Below, piece by piece: positions 23,701-38,700 of a DNA stretch of 64,000 bases. The notes beneath the pieces are model-generated. The model did no database searches and had not been told where the DNA came from. It worked only from the letters and a program-made list of their open reading frames with translations. Each line of letters starts with the position of its first letter. The stretch's first letter is position 1. The stretch is from Octopus bimaculoides (lineage: Eukaryota): NCBI RefSeq assembly GCF_001194135.2, contig NC_068982.1:115282989-115346988 (forward strand), given 5' to 3'. A program made the position numbers and the translations under genes.

Positions 23701-26700
23701 TTATTAATTAGGTATGTAACAATTACTAAAAGAACTAAAAGAAAGCAATTATTAAAGGGTTGACCATCTGGAAATATTTTAATAAATTCACGTTCTAAGA
23801 AATTTCCTATAATTTCGATTTCTCAAGTTTATTGAATTTTTTAAACTCCAATTTCTTGCAAATTTAAATATTCATTGCATTCCCTGCGGAGTATTCCATT
23901 TTCATTTGCAAAGTTTCTCACTTTCTCTTTTGAGTTTCCATTCGCTATTTGAAAAACTGACAGTTTATTCTATTAATGGATATGTAATGTAAAAACGTTA
24001 TTTACTGAATGAAAATTTAAAAAAATACCCGTATAATTTTTGAACGCGGAATAGCTGTGAGAAGAGCCTAGAAAGTTGGGTAATTACTATTAGAAGATGA
24101 GGCGAAGAAAAAAGTTACCAACAAATACTCGAAACTTGCACTTTCTTCACAGTTCCCAAACACTCTGTACCACTAAGCCAATATATACACAAGCAAGTTA
24201 CACGAGCGACTTCAACAGTGACACACACACACACCAATACACACACAGATACACATACACACAAATGAAAGGCAATGAATGTGTGTGTGTGCTGTTCACT
24301 GACAAAATTTCATGCTGCATCACTTTTGTGAAGTTTTGTCAATGAACAGGTCGTGGTTTCAAAGTGACAAAAATATTTTGACACATGAAATTTTAATGTT
24401 GAAGTGAAACTGGAACTATTTAAATACAGAGATCCCTTAACGGTACTACTTAAATACAGGTGTTACGTACAAAACATTTTAAATGTACGCTGTGTGGACG
24501 TGTAATGACACCCTAACCCTAAAACCAACCCTCCTCTTCATATTGTTACTTAGATGTATTGGGACCTCTGTATTGGGACCTCTGTAGTGCCGTGAAACTT
24601 AAAACTTTTTGTGTGTTCTTGAATGGCTTACAAACATCTTTTACTTTTATGCTGCAATTGTTTTAGTTTCAGCACACAATCTCAGATCAAGTCACTTGCT
24701 ATGCAAGTACATCTCCATAATTTTTTTAAAATCACTGTGGATAAATGCCAGCAATGACCTTCCCAGGCTCTCCAATATTTTAATTTCTAAACAGAAGCAA
24801 TCGGGGGCAGGGAGTAGGGTTGCAAAAAATTCATAATTTCCCCAATTTTCTTTTTTATAGTATATAAATGTAGTTATAGGAAAAAAGTATTGAAAAACAT
24901 CAATACATGTGAGAGTGATAAAGAAATGAAGAGGGTTGTCTTTGGATGNNNNNNNNNNNNNNNNNNNNNNNNNNNNNNNNNNNNNNNNNNNNNNNNNNNN
25001 NNNNNNNNNNNNNNNNNNNNNNNNNNNNNNNNNNNNNNNNNNNNNNNNNNNNNNNNNNNNNNNNNNNNNNNNNNNNNNNNNNNNNNNNNNNNNNNNNNNN
25101 NNNNNNNNNNNNNNNNNNNNNNNNNNNNNNNNNNNNNNNNNNNNNNNNNNNNNNNNNNNNNNNNNNNNNNNNNNNNNNNNNNNNNNNNNNNNNNNNNNNN
25201 NNNNNNNNNNNNNNNNNNNNNNNNNNNNNNNNNNNNNNNNNNNNNNNNNNNNNNNNNNNNNNNNNNNNNNNNNNNNNNNNNNNNNNNNNNNNNNNNNNNN
25301 NNNNNNNNNNNNNNNNNNNNNNNNNNNNNNNNNNNNNNNNNNNNNNNNNNNNNNNNNNNNNNNNNNNNNNNNNNNNNNNNNNNNNNNNNNNNNNNNNNNN
25401 NNNNNNNNNNNNNNNNNNNNNNNNNNNNNNNNNNNNNNNNNNNNNNNNNNNNNNNNNNNNNNNNNNNNNNNNNNNNNNNNNNNNNNNNNNNNNNNNNNNN
25501 NNNNNNNNNNNNNNNNNNNNNNNNNNNNNNNNNNNNNNNNNNNNNNNNNNNNNNNNNNNNNNNNNNNNNNNNNNNNNNNNNNNNNNNNNNNNNNNNNNNN
25601 NNNNNNNNNNNNNNNNNNNNNNNNNNNNNNNNNNNNNNNNNNNNNNNNNNNNNNNNNNNNNNNNNNNNNNNNNNNNNNNNNNNNNNNNNNNNNNNNNNNN
25701 NNNNNNNNNNNNNNNNNNNNNNNNNNNNNNNNNNNNNNNNNNNNNNNNNNNNNNNNNNNNNNNNNNNNNNNNNNNNNNNNNNNNNNNNNNNNNNNNNNNN
25801 NNNNNNNNNNNNNNNNNNNNNNNNNNNNNNNNNNNNNNNTATATACAGTTGAAAAATATCGTTATAGGTATAAATATACCATAAAAAATTATATAAAAAT
25901 GGAGGTTTAATAAAATAAAGTAAATCAAAATAAGATACAATAAGAGGTAATAGGGAAAAATTGGATATTTACAAGCAAGTTGCAAAAGGGAAAAAATAAC
26001 AGTAAATATCCGATTTTTCCCTATTACCCCTTTTGTAATCTCCCTTATTGTATCTTATTTTAATTTATTTTATTAAACCTTTTTTTTTGATGTCCTTCCA
26101 AAAATTCTTCACACTGATGAGAATGACAATGCATAAATTTAATTATAATTTTTTTCTTACATATTTGTTTTGTCCTTTGAAACGCACGTATGTAATAAAT
26201 CCAAATTTGTATTAAATCTAATTTTGATACATCATTTTCTCATCCATTTTTATATAATTGTTTATGGTATATTTATACCTATAATGATATTTTTCAACTA
26301 TCATTTTCATATTCTTATTACTTGCTCTGGCTGTTTTTTATGAATATGATGAATCTTTATTAGAAATCATTCTTTCTCTCTTTTTGGACCTCTCAAAAAG
26401 TTTGAATTGTTCTTTTTTGAACTTATTTTTTCCCACATATGAATTTTNNNNNNNNNNNNNNNNNNNNNNNNNNNNNNNNNNNNNNNNNNNNNNNNNNNNN
26501 NNNNNNNNNNNNNNNNNNNNNNNNNNNNNNNNNNNNNNNNNNNNNNNNNNNNNNNNNNNNNNNNNNNNNNNNNNNNNNNNNNNNNNNNNNNNNNNNNNNN
26601 NNNNNNNNNNNNNNNNNNNNNNNNNNNNNNNNNNNNNNNNNNNNNNNNNNNNNNNNNNNNNNNNNNNNNNNNNNNNNNNNNNNNNNNNNNNNNNNNNNNN

Positions 26701-26733
26701 NNNNNNNNNNNNNNNNNNNNNNNNNNNNNNNNN

Positions 26734-26767
<34 letters not shown>

Positions 26768-29700
26768 TATATATTGATAGAAATGGCAAGGAATTTATCT
26801 GTAAATATAATATGTAACAATTATTTGGTAGTCATGATAAAATTCTGAGTTTTGGATGTCAGGGGGGAAACCCACGCCGGCATCTCTTCAGTCATTGGGC
26901 CATCGAAAAAATGCTATGAAAATGACCGTTAAAACAAAGGGAAATTACTGTGTGTTTGACCGTTATTAAGACAAAAGAGCTATTAGAATGACTGCTAAGT
27001 AAGGGGAGGGAGTAAAGGTAAGGGAGTAAAAATCTTCATAGTAATATATATATATATGTATATATATGCATATATGGGTACAGGGCGTCACAAAAAGTAA
27101 ACAACATGAAATACGAAAACAAATGAGTTGAATATGTAAACAAGAAGAGAAACAAATGGAAAACAAGACAAGTAACATAAAGAACAACCCTTCCTCATTT
27201 CAAGCATTGAATGACAGTATGAGTCTTCGAAGGCAGTTGCTCCCACAAATACCAAAATAAAATTTGGGACTTATGGAGGGTCAAAGATAGAAGAGATAGC
27301 TAGATAGATAGATAGATAGATAGATAGGATATGTCTGACCTCTAGGACAGCCCTAAGAGAAAAGAAAGATGATCACGTGAAGAAAAGATGGCCGATGGTC
27401 ACGTGTGAGCAACGAGAGAGTAAAGGAAAAGAGCAACAAGAGAGAAGTAAAGGAGAATTGCTTTTTTTCTCTCCTTCATTGTTTTCTATCTGTCTCTCTC
27501 TTTCTCACTCCCCCTCTCTCTCTCCTTTACTCTCTCAGCCAGTGCCACATGAAAAACACATGCTGGCACCACATAAAGGCACCCATGCTGGTGCCACATA
27601 CTAGCACTTGTCCTGGTGCCACATAAAGGCACTCATCCCAGTGCCATGTACAAAGCACTCAGTATACTCTTTAAAGTGGTTGGCATTAGGAAGGGCATCC
27701 AGCCATAGAAACCATGCCAAAACAGATACTTGGAGCCTGGTCAGCTCCTGTCAAATTGTGCCGCCTATGCTAGCATATGTTAAATGATGATGTTAAATGT
27801 TAAATGATGATGATGATGATGATGATGATATATGTATGTGTGTATGTACATGTGTGTGTGTGTGTATGTATTTATGTGTGTATATGTTTATTTACCTATG
27901 CACATACTCATGTACGCATATATACACACACTATGTACTATGTATCTTCATATATTCAAGCATAGATATGTATGTATAGAAAAGTGTGTATTAGAGAGAG
28001 GGTGGTCCACATGTTTTGCAAACTAAACATTTTAAAATTGACCTTTTAATTATTGCCACGTGTTAATATATTTGTACCTTTTTGTGTTGCTGGTTGTCAA
28101 TGTATAAAGCACCTGGTAATGGGATAGAGCTTTCTCACTGCTGCTGCTGCTTTCAAAACATGTTTTTAATGTATTTTATACCTGCTGCTACTGCTGCAGT
28201 GGTAGGGATAAAATACAATAAATAAATGTTTTGAGAGAGTAATTTGAAACCACTTGGGATAAGATGAAATAATAGTATATAATATGTAATTATGATATTT
28301 TCTATCTGCCTGCTGTTTTTGAGATTCTTGTAGGCAATGTCTGCTAAAATTCTTTTTACTATTGGCACCAGGCTTGGAATTTTGTGGGAGAGAGCTAGTT
28401 GATTGCATCAACCCCAGTGCTCAACTGGTACTTATTTCATTGACCCTGAAAGGGTGAAAGACAAAGGTGACCTCAGCGGAATTTGAACACAGAATGTAAA
28501 GACAGACAACTGTTGCTAAGCATTTTGTCCAGCATGGTAACAATTCTGCCAGCATTACAGTTATTTCTTGGTATGGTCAAAGTGCCATTTAGAGCAATAT
28601 GTGTGATCCAATTATTTTGGAGGTGTGCCAAATATAGTTTGTTTTAACATTTCTGTTAGTAGATTGCTATTGAAATAGTCTGCTTTTGTTTCAGTTAATT
28701 TTGAAAATAATGAAGTATTTTGTAAAACAAGCTTGTCTTTTCTTATCAAAATACAGATATATCTGCTTGGCATTATTGATTTAACACATTGATGAGCATC
28801 GTGTAAAGTGTTAAGAACTGCTTGTCTAGAAGAAGAAGTCATGGAATGATCTCTATTAAAGAGTATAAGACCATCAAATCTGTAGACATCAAAATTGGTG
28901 ATAGTCTTGCAAATGTTCTGGAACTATATTATTATGTTGAAATATTGGAATACTAGTTTCACTGAAGCTTGCAGCAGGGTTCATATTGTCACTTTAAAGG
29001 TATATCTCCTTTCCTGTCACAGGTATGGTAAATGGGACTAAGGAAAATATTGCAGTGACATTGATGCTTTTCTCATGACCAGAAATTTCTTGTAATATTA
29101 CTGTTGTTCAATGAAGTGTCTCAAAATGTAGATTGTTATTCAAACTGGCCTATTGTTGAGAAAGTCTTCAGTAGTTTGTGGCATTCTTGAATGAATTCAC
29201 TTTGGATAGTAGTTTTGCATTTACTGCCACTTTAACACAGGAATTTTTTGAAGAACTTGGGTAGATACTTATTCCTTACAACAACGATATCATCATCATC
29301 ATCACTTAACATCCGTTTTCCATGCTGACATGGTTTGGACAGTTTGACTGAAAACAGGCAATCCAGGGAGCTGCACCAGGTTCCAATTTGATCTGAATGC
29401 CCTTCCTCATGCCAACCACTTTGAGAGTGTAGTGGATGTTTTCTACATGCCACCAGCATGGGTGCCATTGACCTGACTCCAGCATCTGCCACAACCATAA
29501 TTTCACTAAGCTTGACAGGTTTTCATAAACACAGCATATCACCCAACGTTTGAAGGGTGCTTTTTACATGCCAGTTATACGACACTGGCATCAACCATGA
29601 CTACAATCACATTTGGCTTCATGAGTCTTCTCAAGCATGGTATATCACCAAAGGTCTCCATCACTTATCATTGCTTCTGTGAAGCCTAACATTTGAAGAT

Positions 29701-32700
29701 CGTGCTTCACCACTTGTCTTCCTGGGTCTACCTCTTCCACAGGTTTCCTCCGCAGTTAGAGTGCAACGCTTCTTCACACAGCTGTCCTCATCCATATGCA
29801 TCACATGATCATACCAGTACAGTCATCTTTCTTGCACACCACATCTGATGCTTTTTATATCCAACTTTTCTCTCAGGATGCTTACACTCTGTTGTGCATG
29901 CACACTGGCATTACACATATTAGCTTCATTTTTTACAAGCCTATGCATGTCCTCAGCAGTTACAGCCCATGTTTCACTGCCGTGTAGCATGGCTGTTCAC
30001 ACACAAGCATCATACTGTTTGCCTTTCACTCTGAGGCAGAGGCCCTTTGTTACCAACAGAGGTAGGAGCTCTCTGAACTTTACCCAGCCTATTTTTATTC
30101 TAGCAGTTATCTATTTTCTGTACATTTTTAGTGTTTATTGTACCTGTGCACATTCCATACACAAAAACTATCTTCCATGTTAACCTTCCTCTGATATCAC
30201 TGCACCTCTTATGTATCCATAGCTTGCATCGGGTACGTCTTATGGCGTTTCTACCTATGCCTTTTTTATAGATTGAGCAGGACCATCTACCTGAAGGGAT
30301 TTGTGATTTGTCTGCTTTCCTACTTACTAAGACTTTGCTTTTTACTTGGTTAACTGTCAGGCCCTTTGATTCTAGAATATCGTCATCATCATTTTAAAGT
30401 CCACTTTTCCATGCTTGCATTGGTCAGACAGAATTTGTTGAGGCTGATTTTCTACAGTTGGATGCCCTTTCTGTTGCCAACCTTCACCTATTTCCAAGTA
30501 AGGTAATATTTCCCCATGACCATATATGCCTCATAAGATTGGAAATGAAGGACACGGCTTGTATGATTTGCCTACAACCATCATGTGATATCAAGGCAAG
30601 GAGACAGTAATTCACACACACACACACATACAACAAGCTTCTTTCAGTTTCCATCTACTAAATTCACTTACAAAGTTTTGATTGGCCCAGGGCTATAATA
30701 GAAGACACTTGCTCAAGTTGCCAGGCAGTGAGACTGAACCCAAAACCATGTGGTTGGAAAGCAAACTTTTCAACCACACAGCCATACCTGCACTTCTATC
30801 TGTAATCAGGAGTTTGTTGTAGCTTTTAATACTTGTTACCAAACATTGAGAGTGGTTTTGTGATCTACTGTGATAATAAGGTCATCACATCCCAGTACAG
30901 AACATCTTACTTTGTTCAAGGAGTCTGCAGTTGCCAAGGCTTCTCAGCTTGATGTGCAACTCTGCTGCTATCTAAGCAGTTTTTGTTTTCGGTACAATAC
31001 AGAAATGGCTCCAAACTTGGACAGATGCAATGTTTTTGGAATAACCAGAAGCCAGTTCCTATTTTTGACTTACCAGTTACAAAGCAAGATGATTTACTGG
31101 AATCAAAGATTCTTACACCTTAAAGTTTTGAGATTATTGTCCCATTTAACTGATGATTCTAGTTTTAATAATTAATAGAATGGTGGCATTTTTTAGTTAT
31201 ACTGAAGGTATAGACTACATAATTGATGAGAGCAAAGCATGAACATGCATCTTTTATATTCTTAGAGGCAAGAAAAGATAAAATAGCTTTTTACTAGGCC
31301 TGACACTGTTGAATGTAGTTTCAAATCTGGTAAATTCTGCAGTGTCTTCAATTAAAAAGGATTTCTCAGAATTCAATATTATCCCTTGTCTTCCACATAT
31401 TTCAAACCAATCAGAATCCTAAAAGAGTGAGTATTGAAAAGTCTCTGAACAAAGCAGTACACCATCAATGCATTTAGTTTTGTTTGGCAAATCTGATATG
31501 GTTTCATCATAACTCCTTGAATATCAATCACCTGAAGTGGTTGTTGTTAACTCCAGGTCAATCCTGATAGACAGACTTATGATCAAAAAAGCATTCCAGC
31601 TCTGACCATCCCAATTTGAGGGAGTATCTATTCTCTATTTCAGTATATTCTTAAGATGATAGGGTGTGATATGAAGGAGATTTGGCTGTTATTTCTTATA
31701 GGCTGAATGACAGTGTTCCTTTATTGGAGTGTGTGTCCTTGAAGTGCAGTTTTATAATGAATAAATGTGATAGAATCCTTCCACACGTATTGGAACACTG
31801 CGAAATCTCTTTCAAATATCAAAGACAATTATTTTTATCATGTGGCACAGATGTTACTTGATAAAATGCTGAGTTTTTCATGTAATATGTGCATGCCAAG
31901 AGTTCTGGAAACATTTTCCATTCTTTTTGGTACGTGCTTATTCCTTGATTACAGGATCATTGCATAAAGAATTCTATTGTCTTTGTAATTGGCTGTGTAC
32001 ATTTGTATTGTCACAGCTACTGATCAGTTTAAGTCAACACATTACATTGTTCCTCAGTATGTAACTGGTATTTATTTTCTCAACCCCAGAAAAATGAAAA
32101 GTAAAGTTAACATCAACACTTAAACTGAGAATGGACTGGAACCGACTAAACATTGTAGTATTTAGTTAGCACCCTGTAGTGCTTGCTACTTCACTAGTGC
32201 AGGTAACTTTGTTATTAGTTCCAGGACAATTCTGGCTAAGCAAACTTGTGATTAAAGATATGTCCATCTGATCTTTTTGCCCCAGATATAGTATATACTC
32301 ATCATCAGTGTCTCTCTTTTTAAGAAATAGGTGTGGTTTGAAGGAAATTTGGTTGTTATTTTTAGAAAGTTGAATGGCTACATAAGAGGCTCATCCACTA
32401 ATTTGTCCCTAATCATGTTGCCCTGGGAGGTGAGAATGTGGCAGAACTATTTGCTCTGCTTTCTTATTTATAGTAAAGGCTTTTAGAGCAAGGGCTTTTA
32501 GTATTAACTACTAATGATTTCATCATCACCATCACATTAGGTTTTTTCATGCTGGCATAGGTTGGATGAGAATTTATTTTATGTCTGGATGCCTTGCCTC
32601 TAGGGATGCAGTATACCCATTCTAAAAACAGGGATGCACATGATTTATTATTATTATCTTTATTAAGATGATGAATAGCTGGTAAGTAAAGTTGAAGTGA

Positions 32701-35700
32701 CACTGCTGAGTGTCATAGATATGCAGATTGTGCATTGTTGGAACCTGTTCTAGCAACATAACTAAGTCTTGCCCATCAATGCAATGTAAATCAATACCAA
32801 ATAAAACTATATTTTCACCTACTATCTTCAAAAAAAAAATTAATAAATGCTAAGACACTGAGATGATGTAGTCCTAGATGCACTATGTGTGAATAAAGGA
32901 CAGAATGTTCACAACCGGAATACTTGTAGACAGAGATTTGTTCATTCAGGGCTGGTCTGAGGCTAAATAACAACAAAATTATATTCATTAATGATAACAA
33001 TTGTTTATATCCCATGATTTAAATGTAATGCTGTTTGATATTGTGGAGGGTGGAAAAGGACAATGCAAAGCTGAGACATAGATATCTTGAATTGTGCCAA
33101 TGACTGGAAAATGACATTGGATTTGAAGAAAACACCGTAATGCATTAATGATGGAATCTCCTGGGAATGTTGCAACATCATCATTACTTTTTATGATGTA
33201 TAATAGTTAATTTAGTTCTAGGTTAGAAGAAAAACGAAACATTTCAGGAAATAGCACTACATTTAAACCATAGGAAATAAAACAATTTTTATTTTCAGTG
33301 AATATAACTTTGTTGTTATTTTGCCTCAGATCAGCCCTTAATGAACAAATCTCTGACTATAGGTATTTCAGTTATAAATATTCTGTCAAGGTGTCTTTCA
33401 TTTTTTTTAAGATAGTAGGTGAAATTTAACTGCTGATGTTTGATTGTTTTACTGAATAGACACTTGACAATGTAGATCAATATCTGCTCTCATGTATTTG
33501 TTCACCTATCTTATATATTGCACTACTCTAATGTGTACAAGTTGAATATGTAGTTCATTGAGTGGCATAAGTTAATTACTCGGTGAATTCTTTTGCCTTG
33601 ATTTAGGTCCTTGTAATTTATCAATTCCGATTGTCTGAATGGTCATCTATACTGCATACAGTCCCTCATTAATGCTTGCACACTACATGTTTTTCATTTG
33701 TAGAAATTACTGAATGATGTAATTTACACTTTTATTATTACTAACTAGTCCATCGGCAGTATGGTTACTCTTGGGTCATACAGGTTTGTGAATTCTTACA
33801 ATACTTACCTAGCTGAAAGATGCTGCATTATATCACTGACAAAGACACTTTAAAGAAGCTTAATGCACCCTGTTTTGTAAATAGGTATTATGAGAAGGTA
33901 TATAATAGTAGTGACATATATGTTAGTTTGTAGCTGCCTTGGAAGAAAAGTGTCTCGCCTTAGTACTGTAGAAAATTGTGTTGATAAAAATGATCATTCT
34001 TTTAAATAACTTTCTTGAACAGGAGCAACAACTTCTTCAACATAATGATGATGATCATCAGCATTACCATTATCACCATCTCCTACAAATGAATTTTCTT
34101 GTAATTTCTTTCTCTTTGTTCTTTTATCTCCAAAGTCTTAACTGTGTAAGCCCAAATAACAAGCTACTCCTCACTTAAACTTAATTAACCCATATATGTT
34201 CCAGTTTCTGAACACGACTTGGTTGTCTCTCTGGCACTCAACCTAAAATGCCTTGGTGCATAGCTGAAATCTACTCTCCAGTTTATCACAATCATATTCT
34301 GTGTTCAAAAAGTATTTAGTAGTAATCGTTGTACTGCAAGGGTTAATTGCCTTTCTAATTAAGTGTCATTTCTTTCATAGTTTCTAAACCAGCCCCTGAT
34401 TGGAATGGTACTGCTGTGATTAATGGAAAGTTTCAAGAGATCAGCCTCAAAAGTTTTCAAGGCAAATATCTTGTGTTCTTCTTTTATCCACTTGACTTGT
34501 AAGTTCATCTATAATATATTTTTTTTGTTATTTATGATAAGGAATGGGGAAGTTAATACTCTACTCATGCTTCTGATTTAATCTATTGTGCTGACAATGG
34601 TTGTCTCATTACTCTGTTGTTTAATTGTGATGACAACTGCTGTCATACTATCCTACTGTGTTTTATTGTATTGACACCTGTTGTCGTACCATCTTGCTCT
34701 TTTCTAAATAGTGAATTATTGAGATATTTCTCATTTTCTGTTTCAGTACATTTGTATGCCCAACAGAAATAATTGCTTTCAGTGACAGAATTGGAGAATT
34801 TAAAGCTATAAATACTGCTGTGGTTGCCTGCTCTGTTGACTCTCATTTCACCCACTTAGCATGGTAAGTTATCTAATATTGATTGAAAAAAAATATCTAT
34901 AATAAGTAGTTAGCTGTTGCTACTGGAAAATACTGTAACCCCAGGTGGAGGCTATGCTCACCCAGTTCAAACCTCTGTATGACCTCTCCTATTCTCACCC
35001 CCCCCCCAATATCCCTCAAAGGCATGTCCCAACACGTCTTTGCCATCATCTCTCTCACTATCACTCTCTTTATACTGCTCTCTAATTCTTTCTTTCCCAA
35101 CAGAGGTACCCATGTGTCTACTTTACAAGATACCCATTTCTGTCCCTCTATACCTTTAATCTTTCAGCTGGCACAAAACCACATCCACTCAATACTATTC
35201 CCCATTCCCAGTTGAGAGGTTCTTGTTTTGTAAGGCACTTGGTGCTGGTGCCACATAAAAAGCACACAGTACACTAACGTGGTTCACATTAGGAAGTGCA
35301 TCCAGCTATAGAAATCATGCCATAACAGAAAATGGAGTCTGATGCAGCTCTTATCAAATTGTCCAATCCATAGAAAACAGATATTAAATGATGATGGTGA
35401 TGATGTATGACAAAGTGTAAATGTATTGAGAGAAAAAACTGGGTAACTGGGTATAAGAAGCATTAGATGTAGTGTGCAAGAAGGCTGAACATCTAATGTA
35501 GTCATGTGATACAAAAGGATTAGTGCTGATCTCTAAATGTAGATGAAGTGTTGAAAAATGATCTTCAGATGTTGAGCTTCACAGAGGAGATGACAAAGGG
35601 CCAAGATAATTGGTGATTTACTGTCCTTGAGAAGACCTGTCCAGCTAAGAAAAATCGAGGCCATAAAAGCACTTTGTCTATGTCTCTGCATACAACCCAC

Positions 35701-38700
35701 TGCCATACCTTGTATTCTCTCCCTTTGCTAACCTATCTACACAAAAATGCGTCTATCAAATCTCTTCCTCACAGCATATCCTCCTAACACCCTCTCTACT
35801 TGTGTCTACTGCTATATTCTCTCCACTTTTGCAATCTCACAAACTTATCACCTTCAGTTCCACTCCACTTATATACACTTCATTGTAAGTTGAGTGTACC
35901 CCACCTCACATGTTCACCATATTCTCTCTCTTCAGTTGAGGGGTCTTGTCTTGCAATTTACTTGGTAATCTCATTGCAGCTGGTACCATGTAAGAAAACA
36001 CTCAGTATTCTCTCTAAAGTGGGTGGCATTAAGAAGGGCATCCAGCTGTAGACAGTAGAGCTTGGTGCAGTCTTTCGACTTGCCAGCTCCTGTCAATCCA
36101 TACTAACATGGATGGACATTGAATGATGATGATTATAGACTATTTTCCTATACTTTATTTCATTTATGATGTTAGATGGCATCCATTGTACAAACTACTT
36201 GAGTTTTTAGTGAAGGAAGCTTAAGTAATGCAGCTGTACATTTTGGACACTGGAATTCAACCAGCACCTCAACTAAACACTGCTGCAAGCACAGGATGAA
36301 TACAAGACCTTGTAATCATCCTTTTCAGAGCTAGATTGAAAATCATATTTCCTTGTTATTGACCAACTCATTCTGCTAGTTTTATGAATATTTACATATA
36401 ACTTTATATCAACAGCACCAATCTTATCCATCTCAAACTATAATTAAGACATTACTATAAACTCTGGTGAAATGTTTAATTGCAGGATCAATACACCACG
36501 AAACAAAGGAGGTTTAGGACCATTGAATATTCCACTTCTCTCTGACCTCACGCATGAAATCTCCAAATCTTATGGTGTATTCCTTCAGAATCTTGGCCAT
36601 AGTCTACGGTAGGTTAAGTCTTTCTTACAAACATTCAACATTTGACTAAAATGAGAGTCTGTTGGTGATGTGCTCTTTTAATATTTCTTCTTCCAGTGGT
36701 CTGTTTATCATTGACTCCAAGGGAATTCTGCGTCAGATCACAATGAATGATCTGCCAGTTGGCCGATCTGTTGATGAAACACTACGTCTGGTGCAAGCCT
36801 TTCAGTACACAGATAGCCATGGAGAGGTGTGTCCAGCAGGTTGGAAGCCTGGTGGTGATACGGTAAGACATTTTCTTCCTCACACAAGTTGTCATTGTAA
36901 TCTTATGCAAACAAAATTATGTATCCTAGTGAAGTTCACGAACCTATAACTATAGTGGTATATGAACTCTTAGATTCAGTATTTTAAATGCCCGATATAT
37001 CTATTGACTTGCTCTTTCAGGTTGAATAACCAACTAATCATTTGTAGTGATTGTAACAGTTGGATCTGTCTGAAGTGGTCAATATAACAGTGGGGTCTGT
37101 GCTTGTGGTGACTGTCTTCACTAATGTTTCAGTCGTTTGACTGCGGCCATACTGGAGCTCCGCCATTTAGTTGAGCAAATCGACCCCAGGACTTATTCTT
37201 TGTAAGCCTAGTACTAATTCTATTGGTCCCTTTTGCTGAACTGCTAAGTTACGGGGACGTAAACACACCAGCATCGATTGTCAAGCAATGCTGGGGGAAC
37301 AAACATACATATATATGACGGGCTTCTTTCAGTTTCCGTCTACCAAATCCACTCACAAGGCTTTGGTCGGCCCGAGGCTATATAGTAAAAGACACTTGCC
37401 CAAGGTGCCACACAGTGGGACTGAACCCAGAACCATGTGGTTGATAAGTAAGCTACTTACCACACAGCCACTCCTGTGCCTATTGTTCTTTTAAAGACTT
37501 GGGTTATGCAATTTCTTTAAAAACTTTTTATTTTTCAGAATTAAGATAAAGTTCTTTTTTAATCTAAAATATACTCTCCATTTTCTACAATGCACTTCCA
37601 TCTATCTGGTATACTTGCAAGGCCCCTTTCAAATTCACTTGACTGTGATGAAAAATACTCCTCCAGTACTGTTCTGACCTCACCGACAGAATTACTATTT
37701 TTTGTGTTCACTATGGTTTTGAAAACTGGAATAAATGCAAATCAAATGGGGCATCATTTTCCAAACTGCTCCAGCCTTTGGAATGTCATCTTTGCTGTAT
37801 GTGGTCAAGCATTTTCCTAATGGAAGAACACCTTTCATCTTGAAACCAAAGATGGTTGTTTTTCTTCTAGCACTGACTTAAGTCACTCACAGTAGATCCT
37901 TGTTATCGTTTGGTTTGGGTTTAAAAGTTCAGAATGGACTAAACCTTCATATCCCACCTAACAGACAACACCTTGTGGATGAAGAGCTTCTCCTTTCCCT
38001 ACCCATTGTTTTTGACACTTGACATTTTTATGGAGGATCCATTTTGTTACCAGTCACTATTCAGTTCCAAAAAGGTTCATTTGAGACATGACAACAAAGA
38101 GCATACATTCACTTGGAAAGTTTGAGGAACCCATTGACCCAATTTGCTGACTTTTCTGATGGCATCGCAAGTGGTCAATGCATGGTTGAATGTCCAAATC
38201 CAGGCTTTTCTGCTAGTTCCTCAACAGTTGCATTGTTGCCTTTATTGAACTCATAAAGCAAAATATACTCCTTTGTCACTTTCATCATAGCTTCGAAAAA
38301 AACAACTGTGCTCTTCAAAACTTGCACTAAGAATAAGGACAAGGTAAAATTACCACCTGCTTTTATAGCAAGTTGATGTAGGTAGTTTATTCTGTTCACC
38401 TCTTTTAGCTCATTCAATTGAAAATGACCCAATATTATTAAAAGTGGTATGTTGAAATGTCGAAACAAAAGTTCTATTTTTTAGGATTGATAGTTAGCAA
38501 TCCCTTATTCTGTGACTTAAACTACTAGTTTATTGCAGTGTCAAATTTCTCATCCAGTTTCATGGCATTAATTGATGTAAGCAAAAGAATTCAGGATATT
38601 CACTTAAAATACATCATCAGCAGCAGCTATGACTAGCCAAGTGCCAGAAGATAAGGGACAACGGCTTTGCAGTGTCCTTTTGAAAATCATAAAAAACAAT

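Noticed and set aside
24890-26820. ORFs of 112-361 aa
   Set aside because: N-gap and (TA)n artefacts.
18737-34380. Alternative cytosolic first exon of Prx4, as in the mammalian testis isoform
   Set aside because: I found no convincing ATG plus phase-1 donor with promoter context. It cannot be excluded because part of the intron is gap.
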